The notes: generated by a model from the sequence alone, not told the origin. A DNA stretch of 63,253 nt, filler included, from Dicyema japonicum (GCA_011109175.1; 8 parts of 8 records of this genome joined end to end with filler, not necessarily neighbours in it), one strand, 5' to 3'; shown: positions 36,802-50,461, counted from the first letter of the whole stretch. Translations and numbers: made by a program.

Positions 36802-38369
36802 TATTATGTTTAATAATCATTTAGGGAAATTGTATTTATAAGTAAATTATAAAATTTCACGTATATTAGTCATAATTTTTTGTATACAAATTTATAAACT
36901 TTCTATGAAAAAATAGGAATTGACTCATCTTGAATATTCGATACTCCACTGGAAGGGTTCTCAAGGAATGGGCATCTTTTACTTTTTATGCTCGTCCTGG
37001 ATGAACTCGTGTGACTTTGGAAGGACTCTGTTACTGAGAAAGTGGGAACTGGATACACTTAATTCGTTGTNAAGTGGGAACTGGATAAACTTAATTCGTT
37101 GTCAATTGTTAGCTTCTTTCTCGGCGTAACTGTATTTAACAATAATATTAGATAAGAAAAAATCAAAAAATTTCTATTTAAGGTTAACCATGACTACTAA
37201 TACATAGTTAAGTACTGGAATCACTTCCTATGTTAGAAGAGTTACTGACCGTTCATTTTACTACCTTCGTTATATTTTTAGTCAGATAAATGATCATATA
37301 TCTCTCTTTATGGATTGTGGCTACATCGCGAATTTAAAATCTGATAGAAATTATTCTTAAAGAGTTTAAACTTCACATATATTTTCAACTGACTCACATA
37401 ACACATGGAAGTAGGATTATTCTGTAACCTCGCTAATATCCAATGTATTATCCTTGAGTTAATTCCCTAAAGGCAGCACATCGAACATCCTCCCTAAGAT
37501 AGTACGTGCCTCTTCATAATGAAATCAGAAAAATCACCATTCAACCTGCCCTACAATCAGACAGAAGCTGTCATATTTTTACATAAGAGTAGCTAAACGC
37601 CCATAATTTTACTGTCACTAAAGCAAGTTTCGATCTAATTTTCCTTTGAGAACCGTCATTTAAAATTTATAGAAATGTATGTGTGTATGCTTCAGTTGAT
37701 CTTTACTACTATCTTGAGATGCAGCGTTATATCAATTATATTTGAAAAATAGCATTATTTATATTAACTATAAAATTAGAAAAATTAATTTTATTATTTA
37801 AATTATTTAGAAAAAAAAGAAATTAATCAAAAATGATCTTTTACGATTGCAACAAATCAACTGTAGAACCCATGAGTCTCACGTGTGTCGTAGATTTTGA
37901 GTGTATTCATACGTCCCAGCTTCTAGAGGAAACGAATAGATTTCCCGATTATCCATTTAGTTTTCTCAACTACGATGAGCTGGAATGTGAACTGGTCAAT
38001 CAGCACTTTGTATTTCTTCCTTGGCTTTCATAACCTCGTTTTTCTCCTAAGTCAATATCGAAATACTACTTAGATGGACAGTGAGGAATATCGTAGATCA
38101 AACCTACACGTGTCTATATTTGTTCACATAAAGTACTCTGTCTTCCCTTGAGTGTTAGCCACGTTTATGAGTTGTTGATTGTTCGTGGAATATATTCCCT
38201 AAGGAATCTGAANNNNNNNNNNNNNNNNNNNNNNNNNNNNNNNNNNNNNNNNNNNNNNNNNNNNNNNNNNNNNNNNNNNNNNNNNNNNNNNNNNNNNNNN
38301 NNNNNNNNNNNNNNNNNNNNNNNNNNNNNNNNNNNNNNNNNNNNNNNNNNNNNNNNNNNNNNNNNNNNN

Positions 38370-38982
38370 ATTAATTTCATCTTGTGTAAGATGTTAGCTT
38401 CTTCGTGAAAAACTTTAGTTTAAGATTAAATCTTGCTTTAATTCTGTGTAGCCTTTACTAACTTCAAAATTATTTATTCCAAGCTTTTCACAAAATACTT
38501 TAGCTTATGAAATGATAATATCTTCAGTAATACAACCATTAAGTTCATTTAATCAACAAGTGGATGATATTTACCACTGGAATGTCTTGACTTGTTAATC
38601 GTAGTTTCACAGTTTGCCAACATTCACGGTTTTTAGAATTTTTGAAAGAGTAGAAATTCCCAAATAAGGGTTCATTTTTATATCGTAGATATGGGATAAT
38701 TCTGAGAGTCATATTTGATGTATTTTTACTTCACAAATTTACTTTTTCTAACAAATTGGCGCTGTTAGATTTTAAATTTAAATGTAAATTCATCTTAATG
38801 TATGATAAAAAAATAAATTAATACAAAATTATTAATAAATGTATTTCGGAAATTGAAGATTCGGTTTATTAAAGCGTGTTTGTAAGGATACTTTGTAAAA
38901 TTTCACTAACTAATCAAACAAAATTCGGATTATTGAAGTTTTCAAATTATTGAAGTTCGGATTAATGAGGGTTTACTGTATT
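38370..38982 (-). mobile_element. Second copy of the pogo/Tigger right end
   Basis: Colinear with ~32790-33403; ends attaatgagggtttactgta. Confidence 0.8.
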
Positions 38983-39189
38983 TTTTTACGTAATCATAGG
39001 ATTATTGTATTATTGATGTGGACTCTGATTGTTGACATTATAGGCTTAGATTCCTAGTCACAAATGACTTTTATAACCTTGTGTAGCGTTATAACGTGGT
39101 GTGACTTGTGGCGTTCTAGTAACATTTATAATTATTTTCTTTTTTTCCTTTTGAAACTAAATCTTTCACTTTAAAGTTAAATAAAAATA

Positions 39190-39570
39190 TTAAAAAAGAT
39201 GACTTTTTACCTAAAGATGTCGAAAACCTTGGTAAAATGTTCCACTGACCCAAAAAAACCCGTTAAAATTAATTTTTATAAGATTTAAAAAAGATGATTT
39301 TTTACTTAAAGATGTCGAGGACCTTGGTAAAATGTTCCACTTACCCATAAAACCCATTAAAATTAATTTTTATAAGATTTAAAAAAGATGACTTTTTTAT
39401 TTGAAGATGTCGAGGACCTTGGTAAAATGTTCTACTTACCCGTATGACCCGTTATAATTACTTTTTATAAGATCTAAAAAAGATGACATTTTACTTAAAG
39501 ATGTCGAGGACCTTGGTAAAATCAATTTTTATAAAATTTAAAAAAATGACTTTTTTAAAGATGTCGTTTC
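39190..39570. repeat. ~95-bp minisatellite upstream of type B gene (shorter version at ~33778-33880)
   Basis: aaaaaagatga..aagatgtcgaggaccttggtaaaat.. recurs near 39192, 39287, 39381, 39476 and 39540 with diverged units. Confidence 0.85.
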
Positions 39571-39870
39571 GCTAAAATCTCGTGATGTTTATTTATGACT
39601 TATCCAAAACCTTAAAAAATTAATTAGAGGCCATTTTGAATGGACACTGTGTTGTTGGGTGCTAAAAATTCCGTAGTGGAACTCTTCTTTATTCTTTGAA
39701 CTGTTAATTTATTGTCAAATGATGTGGACTCTGATTGTTGACATATTCGAGATGAGTCAATATCTATTTTTTCAAGGAATTTTAGAAGTAAACATACAAA
39801 ATATGACTAACATAGTGAAAATTTAGAAATTAACTTTAAATGGGATATTCTTAATAACTGTTCGTCAAGT

Positions 39871-40207
39871 ATGTCTTTAGAAGAAAGTATTGAAAACTGG
39901 ATATTCAATTACCTTAATGGCGAAATTAGATATTATAAAAGGCGACAAACACAAATCAATATAATTTTGGACGATTGGAATTGTGTACTCCATGACGGAG
40001 ATCCACCTAATCCTGATACACCCATGGACCAAAATTACCTTAGTGAGCAAGGTTCATAAAATTGTAAATTTTAGAGATGTTACTGCGAGAACGTGAGGTC
40101 TTTTCTCTATCGATGGTATGTTATTTTTTCAATTATAGGAATATGAAAGTAACCGTGCAATCCTGAATGCTATTAGAAGGTTACGCAGAAATCTATACTT
40201 TCTTTAA
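39871..40207 (+). CDS. Novel small protein, type B copy 2 (96 aa, two 23-nt introns)
   Basis: 337 nt minus 46 nt of intron gives 97 codons: MSLEESIENWIFNYLNGEIRYYKRRQTQINIILDDWNCVLHDGDPPNPDTPMDQNYLSEQ|EMLLREREVFSLSM|EYESNRAILNAIRRLRRNLYFL*. Confidence 0.75.
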
Positions 40208-41789
40208 TTACTAATAATCGCTTTATTTTGGTGGTTAAGTTAACTGACTTGAATTCATTTTCATTATTACAGAGAGGTGATCCTCTAGTTTTTTTAATTT
40301 TGATTCTACGCAAACCCGATGCTTCCTTCATTCAGAACTTCTCGTCTTCAATGTCTGTCGAGGGCTTTCATGAATCGTGTAGCTAAGTGCAATAGAGATA
40401 TGCCACTACCACAACCCACATAATATAAGGTTCCTTAGTCATTCGTCTACTCTCACTTAAATGAAGAGGGTAAGATAAGTATTATAGTGACTATTGTTTC
40501 TCGTGCCGCATCTGTCTGCAAATCCCTGGTTTTCAAAAATTCCTACCATAAGAAGTAAATTCGATTCAAATTTTGCTATAATCAATTTGCACAAAGAAAT
40601 AAGCTCGCGTAAACGAACATTTAATTGCATGTAGTTTCTATTGTCACGACTGATGGACAACAACTTAGAGACTTTTAATTTAATTAGTTAGTTTTTAGAG
40701 CAGAAGTTAATAATATTGTAGATATCTATCCAAAGCGCTGGCAGCCTCTTTCCTCTTCTTAAGAATGTTTGCCACCTACCCATCCTTATTCCTACTCCAC
40801 ATTGGAATTAGTCAGTTCTCTTCCAACTTCAAATGGTCAGTTCCACTTGTTGTTTTGAAACAAATATTAAATATCACCGGAAGGCTTTAATCCCATTGTT
40901 GTGTCCAGCCACCATACTTTCAAAAGTTCTCTTCAACATGATCGGATTCCATGTTAAACGTATTATTTGAAATATTTACTATTATTTTCAAAATATTACT
41001 ATTTTGTGATCCACTGTGATATTTTTAGTATTAAAGCGTTATTAGAGAAAAAAGTCATTATTATGTATATTGTGCCTCCTTGTAGCAGATAATCTCCATG
41101 TCCACCCGTTGTGCGTTTTCTTAAGGAGAGTGAGATAAGATTTTCTTTACTCCATCGCGTATTTGCATCGCTGAAATCTGCTGAATCCGCTTGTGCACTG
41201 CGAAAGCAAATGCGTAGTTAAACAATCAGATTCGAGGAACAGTAAGCCATATTTACTCATATAAAATTACTGCCTGATGGTCTCTTGTAAGAAGCAAGCT
41301 GATATGACATTTTTAACAAGATTCAAGTATAACGGATACATCTCCACCGTCCTAAAATCTATGCACGTTGAATAAGTCAAAGTTGAAGTGTTGACATTGA
41401 TAAGACGTAGAGCGAAAAAATATAATTGCACCAACAAAAGAATAATAAATTAAATTTTTCAAATAAAATAATTTTTGAAAATCAATATATTTAACAAAAA
41501 AATTAAATATTTTAACAATTAACCAGCTTATCGCCTGTCTAATCGCCCGCCTTATCATCCAGGTTCGATCTGGTTGCGAAACAGCTCCGTGAGCGCCTTG
41601 TTCAATTGAGATCTCTGTCGATATGGTATCTCTGGACTCTGCCTCCTATAGTGCAGTATCATGCTTTTTTGGGTCCGCTTTAAAACAACGGACTGTAGTT
41701 AGTCCTGCAACTTCCTATCTACTTCTAACTGTCTTAGTTTACCTTTGTGGTACTTTGTTGCAATTCCTTCTTACGTCATTACTATTTGA

Positions 41790-42050
41790 ATAAATAGGAT
41801 GCGATCTTGATGCAACGAAAGTACATAGGTACTCGCCTTCGAATTCGATCGTACAACTACTTTATCGAACCAATTCTACTTTATAACGCGGGGACCTGGT
41901 GCTTAACTACAAAAGAACTAGAAAACCTCAACTCTTTCCACAGAAAACAACTGCGACCTCTTCTGGGAGTCTACTGGCCAAACCGGATAACCAACAACGA
42001 GCTATATAGAATTACTATAAACCTAGACCATAGCATAAGTCCTATCCCTT
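41790..42050 (+). mobile_element. RTE-clade RT C-terminal fragment
   Basis: RLRIRSYNYFIEPILLYNAGTWCLT..LNSFHRKQLR.LLGVYWPNRITNNELY. Confidence 0.8.
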
Positions 42051-42229
42051 AACCATGTCTAATTCTAATCCCTCCCCTAAACATACCTAAGTGTATTCTC
42101 AACCACAATCAATATCTAAAATCACCCATAATTAATGCATAATATCAACCCTAATCAATATTTAATCTCATTCATAATCAACACCTAAATCTAATTTCCA
42201 AATTAAGCCGAAAAAATAAAAAATTCTTT

Positions 42230-42560
42230 CTAGAATGGACAGTCATTTAAAACAATTTTTATTCTGCTTTGGTGGATCATCATTGTTTGCGAGTTACCAC
42301 CATCTATGTGCACCATATGTTCTTGTATATCTCTACTTGATAAATTGTTGTGTCCAAGTGCTAATATAAAGCACCTTTTTTTTGTTGATGGTTTGAAATC
42401 ACAATCCTTTCGTGGAATAACTCTATCTTTAACATTCAAAGATTCTTCATTTTCCAGCGTCAGTTCTTACGCATTTCTTCTGCAGCAAGCAGACTATGTC
42501 TTCGAGCAGAATCCACTGACAGCGATAAATCTTCATCTTCATACTGTAGTAAATTCAAAC
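42230..42560 (-). CDS. Possible unknown gene, one frameshift
   Basis: After a putative acceptor: YEDEDLSLSVDSARRHSLLAAEEMRK / TDAGNEESLNVKDRVIPRK..LNDCPF*. No family recognised. Confidence 0.3.
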
Positions 42561-43974
42561 GTTAATTCGAAATTTTTGGCGAAAAATCAAGTCCATTAAA
42601 AATTTTGATTGGAGCATGTTTCGTTGTATCATGATTGGGTATATTGTAACTGAAGACAATATTAATCCTATATTTTCGAATTACTCTGCAATAAACTTTA
42701 ACTAGCAATGGGGCAAGTCTCCAAATAAGCTGTTTACACTTTCTGAAAGGCGACGCGTCAAGAAATCCAATTATAAGCCACCAATTTCATATCAGGGTTG
42801 AAAGAGTACAAGAAAATTCGTGCTCCCAAATCCTCTGGCCAACTAGTAAACAAATTACAGAGAACAGCATCAGGGAAGTCTCTTTCAGGAACAAAGTCAT
42901 GCAAAGTTCTTTAATACTGACCAGACCACGTGGAGTCTTAAAAATTTTTTTTTGTGTTTTCAATAGAAAAACTCTAATTGTTTTTGGTGAGAAAGATTCA
43001 AATAGAGATTTATATATTTAAAAATATCCTGTCCAAAATTAGGCCACGTGTTGTTCTAATCTGCATTCAACATCCTTCAGATTCCTTAGGGAATATATTA
43101 CGAACAATCAACAACTCATAATCGTGGCTAACACTCAAGGGATGACATAGTACTCTATATGTGAACAAATATAGACACGTGTAGGTTTGCTCGAGGATAT
43201 TCCATCGATTGGATGTCCTGAAAGACTAACTGTAATTTTTTTAAGGCTCCTTTTTTGATAGTAGTCACGTGTGTAAAGAATATGTTCGGCTCTCAACTCA
43301 AAGACATTGACCACGATTTGTTGAATTGTCTAAGGTTACAAGTCCAAATACATTAACGGAAGTCCCAGGATTGGATGAAAGTTTTAATTCTCTAAATATC
43401 CCTCACTATTCCGCAGCTGTCTCACTACCTACAATCAAATAAAATCACTTGACAGTATCGTGGTTCCCCAATACCTTATGCCTCGTCTACCAACAAACAC
43501 TTAACGAATAATCATGGAAGTAACAGAAGTCACCATCCCCCCTGTCAAATTAACATCCGAATATTGTGGCTCACACAGAAAACTTATTTATAAGCCTTAA
43601 TTTCGAGAACATCGGCTGGTGGACGAATACAAGTCATTAGACCTAAAATATGCTGTAAGTTAGTTTGTCAACAAAAATATCCCAATCACTAGTCAAATCG
43701 ACAATTTAAAAAAAATCAGGTAACTTAGTGAAGTATTAAATGTATCTATTATCCACGGATCCGATTCCGATCTTTTTTTGTGTCATCTTAGACTGGGCGC
43801 CATTTAAGATGAGTGAATCGCATGATTTTTCTCTAATAAAAGGGAAAAGAATGCAATATGAGAAAGGAAGAGAAGTTTTTGCCCATGATGTAGTCAAGGA
43901 AAATTACTGAGTATGCATAGAGACATGACATTCTACATTGCCTTGGTATAAAAAGCACATTAACTGAGTCAAAG

Positions 43975-44200
43975 GGTAAGAAATAAAAAGTTCTCATCTA
44001 ACTAAGTGATCCGAGACATACAAGGAAGAGGACGAGTCTGGCGGGGTCGAGAATCCTGAACAGCTCTTGTCATCGGAGATGGCTTTGGCTCAAAATTTCT
44101 GTATGATTGTAGATAATTCAATAGTGTATGGAATAGAGGGCAGATCGATAGACTAGCCGTTGTAATTCTATTAATAATTTTCAATGCACTGAATTTTGTG
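43975..44200 (-). mobile_element. Diverged copy of the LINE 3' end seen at 29142-29494
   Basis: CPLFHTLLNYLQSYRNFEPKPSPMTRAVQDSRPRQTRP followed by ggatcacttagttagatgagaac. Confidence 0.8.
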
Positions 44201-45489
44201 TTCTGGTCCAAATATAAGAATAAATTATATATTCTGATTGTTTTAAATTTTATATATATTTTGAAATCGATATTTAATTTTTTTTTAATTTTCTATTGTC
44301 AATTTTTGGTCTTCTTGCCCGCTAGGACAAAAACCCTTCTTTTAGCTTACAACTTCCCAGCAACACCAGATCTGTTTGTCAGCAATGATGATTTAAAATA
44401 ATAACTTTCAATGTTAAGTAATTTCCTGGAAGACATATTTTTTAATATTCGACAATTCAACCTAAGATTTCAGTACATTTTCATTAAAACATGGAAAATA
44501 GAAATCAAAGCATTTGCTTATATGTGGGAAGTAGTACATGTGTCTTAAATATAAAAAAAGTTAGAAATCAGGAACACCATAACTGTAAATATTTTTGAGA
44601 CAGTCTTGTTGAGCCTACTTAATATATACGAGATACCAAATTAAGATTTAAAAAACACACTATAGATATAAGCAGGAAATTATCCTCTTTTATCTAAAAA
44701 ACTGAAAGGTCTGTTAAACAAATCGTCAATGAAATTATGTAGCTCTTCTAATTGATCTCCGTTGATATCGTGAAAAGTAACGTTACATCAATTTTGTAGG
44801 CGCTGATCAGAATTATATTTGCTAAAAATACACTCAAATGAGTCTTAGTGTGAGTGAATGATTCCAATTAGAAAAATAAATTCCAAAGACAAAGGGTAAC
44901 CAAACTAACTAACTCCTTGATTCACTTGAACTTGTCTTCAGGTAACGACGTTGTCCCGTGTGAGTGAATGATTCCAATTAGAAAAATAAATTCCAAAGAC
45001 AAAGGGTAACCAAACTAACTAACTCCTTGATTCACTTGAACTTGTCTTCAGGTAACGACGTTGTCCCCGGGGAAGTTTTGTTGAATCTTCTTGATGCCGG
45101 CCAGGCATTGGGACCCTCCTCAGTAAGGTGGATCCATTAACACCATCGGAAGGAAAAAAATAATTTTGACAAACGATCCACGTAGCACCACATTGTATTA
45201 TTTATTTAATAACCCAGAAAAAAGAACATCAAGAAAGAAGGAGTAAACCAACTCATTAAGTGATCCCGGTACGCCTCAACAGAATCGAGAGGTGTTTCCT
45301 ATGTTCCTCCAGAGTACCTACGGCTTTCCTGAATAGACAACGATCATCTTTCATTAGAGTTTGAAGAGGGAGCCACGCGAAATTAAAAGTGTTCAATAAA
45401 TGGTATTCAAATAAGCATATAGTTAAAGTATATTATATTTTTTACGATTTTGAATTTTTTATATTATTTAAGTATAAATTAATTTTAAA

Positions 45490-45950
45490 TAATAATAATA
45501 TTTCAGTATGGTCAACCAACATATAGTAATAGTCTAAATCGCGGTTAGACTGCATTTTTTGTTAACCGCAGTTGCTACTTTATTTTCGTGCAATTTTTTT
45601 TCATTGTTGAAACTATTAGGACTATCAAAATTTTATCGAATAATTTTTCGATTTATCTCTCATATAATTTTTTTAAATTGCTTTTAATAGTAAAGATGGT
45701 ATTATTGCCGAAAATACACCAAAATTCTACTAAATTTACGTACTTTATAATTATTTCTCATATTATTTTTATTTTGGAACACTTCTACTATTTATCTCAA
45801 TCTATTCTATTGTGGGGGAGATGCTATATTTTTATCTCCTTCCAATATTATTGCTCAAAAGCTAGTTGCATATGTTTTGAACATTTTTCGAATTTAAAGT
45901 GTGACTCGAAAACTTGTTAACTTATGTATGATTTGAAGGATGTCTTTCAC
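45490..45950 (+). repeat. Older diverged relative of the cassette X module
   Basis: Shares aataatatttcagtatgg..aacc and the frame TIRTIKILSNNFSIYLS vs AIRLISILLDNFLIHLS. Confidence 0.55.
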
Positions 45951-46199
45951 CGAAGCTTAAATTCAAGGTTTTTTCTCAATCAATTAGGGGAGTGCTTGTT
46001 TTTGTTTATCTCCATGTGATATGAAGTCTTCAAAAAAATCTCCACGTGAGTAGAATGATTAAGCATATTATGACACATCACATACTTAATAAAGTGAAAT
46101 TCTTTGGTGGAGCAGATTGTCTATTTTCTCCATTCCAGTCACGCTGTTCACGTCTTATAAATTATTGTAATGCCTCCTTGTTTATTTAAAAAAACTTTT

Positions 46200-49100
46200 T
46201 GATTTTTTAATTCTTTCCGTTCGAGGAAGGGAAGCCATTAGTATGGGATTCCACGTGCATTGCCTTCCGTAATCGTCGGAAACTCGTCGAAAACTCGTTA
46301 GACACGTTGTATGCTCGTGAAAAGGTTATAATACAAACTGCTGTTGGACCAGTTTACATTCCAGCCCATCGTAGTTGAGACGACTGAATGAATAATAGCG
46401 AAATCTATTCGTTTCCTCTAGAAGCTGGGACGTATGGCTACGCTCAAAATCCACAACACACGTGAGACTCAGTGGCTTCTACAGTTGATTTGTTGCAATC
46501 GTAAAAGATCATTTTTTAAATTATTTTAATAATAATAATTAATTTTTCTAATTTCATAGTTAATATAAATAATGATCTTTTTCAAGTATAATTGATATAA
46601 CGCTGCATCTCAAGATAGTAGTAAAGATCAACTGAAGCAGGCCCAAATACATTTCTATAAATTTTAAATGACGGTTCTCAAAGGGAAATTAGATCGACAC
46701 TTACTTTAGTGACAGTACAATGATGGACGTTTAGCTACTCTTATGTAAAAATGTGACAGCATCTGTCTGATTGTAGGGAAGGTTGAATGATGATATTTCT
46801 GATTTCATTAGGAAGAGACACGTACTATCTTAGGGAGAATGTTCGATGTGCTGCCTTTAGGGAATTAACTCAAGGATAAAACATTGGATATTAGCAAGGT
46901 TACATAATATATCTACTTTCATGTATTATGTAGTCCGTTGAAAATATATGCGAAGTTTAAACTCTAAGAATAATTCGTATCAGATTTTAAATTCGCGATG
47001 AGCCACAATCCATAACGAGGAATATATGATCATTTATCTTACTAAAGAAATAACGAAGGTAGTAAAATGAACGGTCGGTAACTCTTCTAACATAGGAAGT
47101 GTTAACCTTAAATAGAAATTTTGTGATTTTTTCTTATCTAATAATATTGTTAAATACAGTTACGCCGAGAAAGAAGCTAACAGTTGACAACAAATTAAGT
47201 GTATCCAGTTCCCACTTTCTCAGTAACAGAATCCTTCCAAAGTCACACGAGTTCATCCAGGACGAGCATAAAAAGTAAAAGATGCCCATTCCTTGAGAAC
47301 CCTTCCAGTGGAGTGTCGAATATTCAAGATGAGTCAATTCCTATTTTTTCATAGAAAGTTTAGAATTTTGTGTACAAAAAATTATGACTATTATACGTGA
47401 AATTTTATAATTTAATTATAAATACAAATTCCTTAAATGATTATTAAACATAAAAATGGACGAACGAGACACTCATGGACACCCAATATTTAATCATCTT
47501 AACGGCAGAATCGAGTTTTACGAATCAAAATTAGAAGAAATTAATAACAGCTTAATGGATAATATTCGCGAACTCTCAGCTGAAGATCCACCGTCGATTG
47601 ATTCTACCATGGAAAATACTCAAGCTGAATCTGATTCTTTATTAATACAGGCTTTAGCTGAACGGTCATCGCAAATCCCTGTTATTCAGGATCTACTTTT
47701 GGTATTTTGGTATTTTAACTATAGGAACATGAATGTGTTACTGAAATACTTGATGAATTGAGAAATCTAAGAAGATGCCTCAATATTTTCTTTAATTAAT
47801 AATATTTGCTATTTTTTCGGGGTTTAATTTAATAAACTAAGTTTCATTTTTCATTATTACCACCAGCAACGGAGATCAATTAGGAAAGTCACTGTGTTTC
47901 ACGACACGTGGCATCTAATTTATAAAAAAGTCTAGTCTCTTAAAAAAAGTCAGTTACTCTCTGTTTTACCTCCAATTTTTACTACACAATTGTGGGGAAC
48001 GTGGACCGATCAAAGATCTTTTCTTAGTTCTTCTATCTATACTTCCCGTACTTTTCGTTTCAAAAAGGTTTTGCTTGAATAAAGTTTGTCTTTGTGGCTT
48101 TGTAGAATTACAATCACAGATAAACCGGGATCACTGGAGTAAATATGAAAAAGAATGTCCTCATATAACTAAGTGATCCCAGACCTCATTTAAAAGTCTA
48201 ATAATTGTTGACATCTTTATTTAAATTATATTTAAATATACTTTGCCAACAGATACAATTCTTATAAAGTTTTTACAAGAGTCACATTTTCGAGAAAACG
48301 CGACCTCTCATTCTTATTAAGCAACTACAAAATTGCTTTTTTGGTAGTGGTTACTGAACGAGATATTTATGTTATTTAAAAATAAATTTATTTATAAATA
48401 ATAATATATTTCAGTATGGCTAACCACTATATAATAAAATTTTATAGTCGAAGTATAACCACATTATTATTCCAGTCATTTTTAGTTTATTAGTATAATT
48501 TCTTCATTATTGAAAATTTGTGTAATATTCTCTTCAATATTTAATGCAATCAGATTGATCTCAATTTTATTGGATAACTTTTTGATTCATCTCTCACGTA
48601 GTTTTTACATTGCTTTTAATTTTGAAGACGGTATTACTGAAAATACATTAAATATTTATACATTTCCACATAATGGTTCATCGTTTAACTCGTTCATAAT
48701 ATTTTTATTACAAATTTTATCGAACCAACGAAAGTTTTTATTGGAAATAAGACAGTTAGGAAACTTGTTTTATCACTTTTCCTTATCACTGATTTCAGAT
48801 TCCTCATCAATTTCCTAGTTAAGACGTTAACCAATGATTTATGTTGTTTCTGGTGTAGATGGAGGTCATTGGATTCCCTTCTTTATCGGATATGGAGTTC
48901 ACAAAATTTTGATAGAGTCTGATATCATTTTGATGCTAATATGGATGTTTGTTCAATAATAGGATATTTGGTGTATCTGTACAGTATTGATGAAAAATTC
49001 CGTGGAAATTGATCAAAAGCCTTTGACTGAGGCTCTTGATCCTTTGATAACTCGAGAAGGCTTCGCTTGGAAACAGATCAATGACATTTCATTCGTCTAT

Positions 49101-49566
49101 CCCTATACGCACAATTCAAAAAACANTTGGATTCCCTTCTTTATCGGATATGGAGTTCACAAAATTTTGATAGAGTCTTATATCATTTTGATTCTAATAT
49201 GGATGTTTGTTCAATAATAGGATGATTTGGTATATCTGTACAGTATTGATAAAAAATTCTGTGGAAGTTGATCAAAAGCCTTTGACTGAGGCTCTTGATC
49301 CTTTGATAACTCGAGAAGGCTTCGCTTAGAAACAGATCAATGACATTTCATTCGTATATCCCTATACGCACAATTCAAAAAACAGATTTGACGGTGTTTG
49401 ATATATTACTTATATTACTCTCTGAGTAACTCTTGATTCTCCTGATGACGAAGTTTAGTAAAATTTTTCCTGGACTGATTTGTCTGATTTTTCAATGGTG
49501 TCAGATTCACTTTATTAAACGTTCAAAATGAGATATAATTTGAATTTATAATAGAACTATTACTAC
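46200..49566 (-). repeat. Amplified cassette, inverted copy
   Basis: Reverse complement of ~26540-30400, lacking the 353-bp LINE insertion. Confidence 0.9.
47456..47799 (+). CDS. Novel small protein, type A copy 3 (106 aa)
   Basis: Same structure as copy 1 with intron gtattttggtattttaactatag. Differs from copy 1 at two residues in the first exon (AESDSLL vs AESVSSL). Confidence 0.75.
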
Positions 49567-49699
49567 NNNNNNNNNNNNNNNNNNNNNNNNNNNNNNNNNN
49601 NNNNNNNNNNTTAATTAATTAANNNNNNNNNNNNNNNNNNNNNNNNNNNNNNNNNNNNNNNNNNNNTTGTAAATCTTCTTCCTTAATAATATTTTGTAT

Positions 49700-50060
49700 T
49701 TTCGATAAATTTTGAAATTGTGATAACTCGTTACGTTCGATACATTAAAGCTCAAGTCACAAAAAGCATTTCTTCAATAATTTCACTGCCATTCCAAAAC
49801 CTTGCATATGCCATAAGGAGAGAACCGTTATCTGGCAATGTAGTTTCGTCTATCTGTAATGAAAAGTTTGTATTAGCAAGTGTATTAATTGAGATTCGAT
49901 TTCTTGTGCCATATTATCGTCCTTCTGGTAGATCTACTTAACGGAATTGAATATTTCATTTGAATCCACTTGAACTTTAGATATTATTATTTATGTAGCA
50001 GGCCTAATTAGTGTTTCTCCAATATTATGATAATTCCTCGACTTGGCAATAAATTTACAT
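49700..50060 (-). mobile_element. hAT (Buster-like) transposase fragment
   Basis: NTNFSLQIDETTLPDNGSLLMAYARFWNGSEIIEEMLF matches Buster FSxQxDEST..n.slLlaYvRf....i.EemLF. Confidence 0.7.
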
Positions 50061-50461
50061 ATTTTGTATGATTTGATTAAATAGAATGTGAAATTTATTA
50101 CCTAAATTCTGTTTTCGTCGATTTTCTATATAAACCTTTCAGTCTTTCACTGGAAACGGATGAAGAAGGTAGTATTGGGACGGGTCAAAAATGAAGTCCA
50201 AGAATTTAAAATTTCCACAGTTTTCTTTTATAATGGCACACAACCGATGTGAAAATTACTGGAACATTGGAAGCAGATAACAGGCATTGCTGACAGTTGA
50301 CTGCTTAGCTGGTTGTTTAGAGGAATAGACTATTACAAATATAGGAATTTCTACAAGTGGATAGTAGAACTTTGTGACCTCATACCCATCAACCAACAAA
50401 ATTTATAAACACGTGTCAAATTAAATTTTTTCCATGACCACTGCTAAGCATAAAACAAACT

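Noticed and set aside
42640-42960. Weak gypsy RT echo (IGYIVTEDNINP)
   Set aside because: Too degenerate to call without a search.
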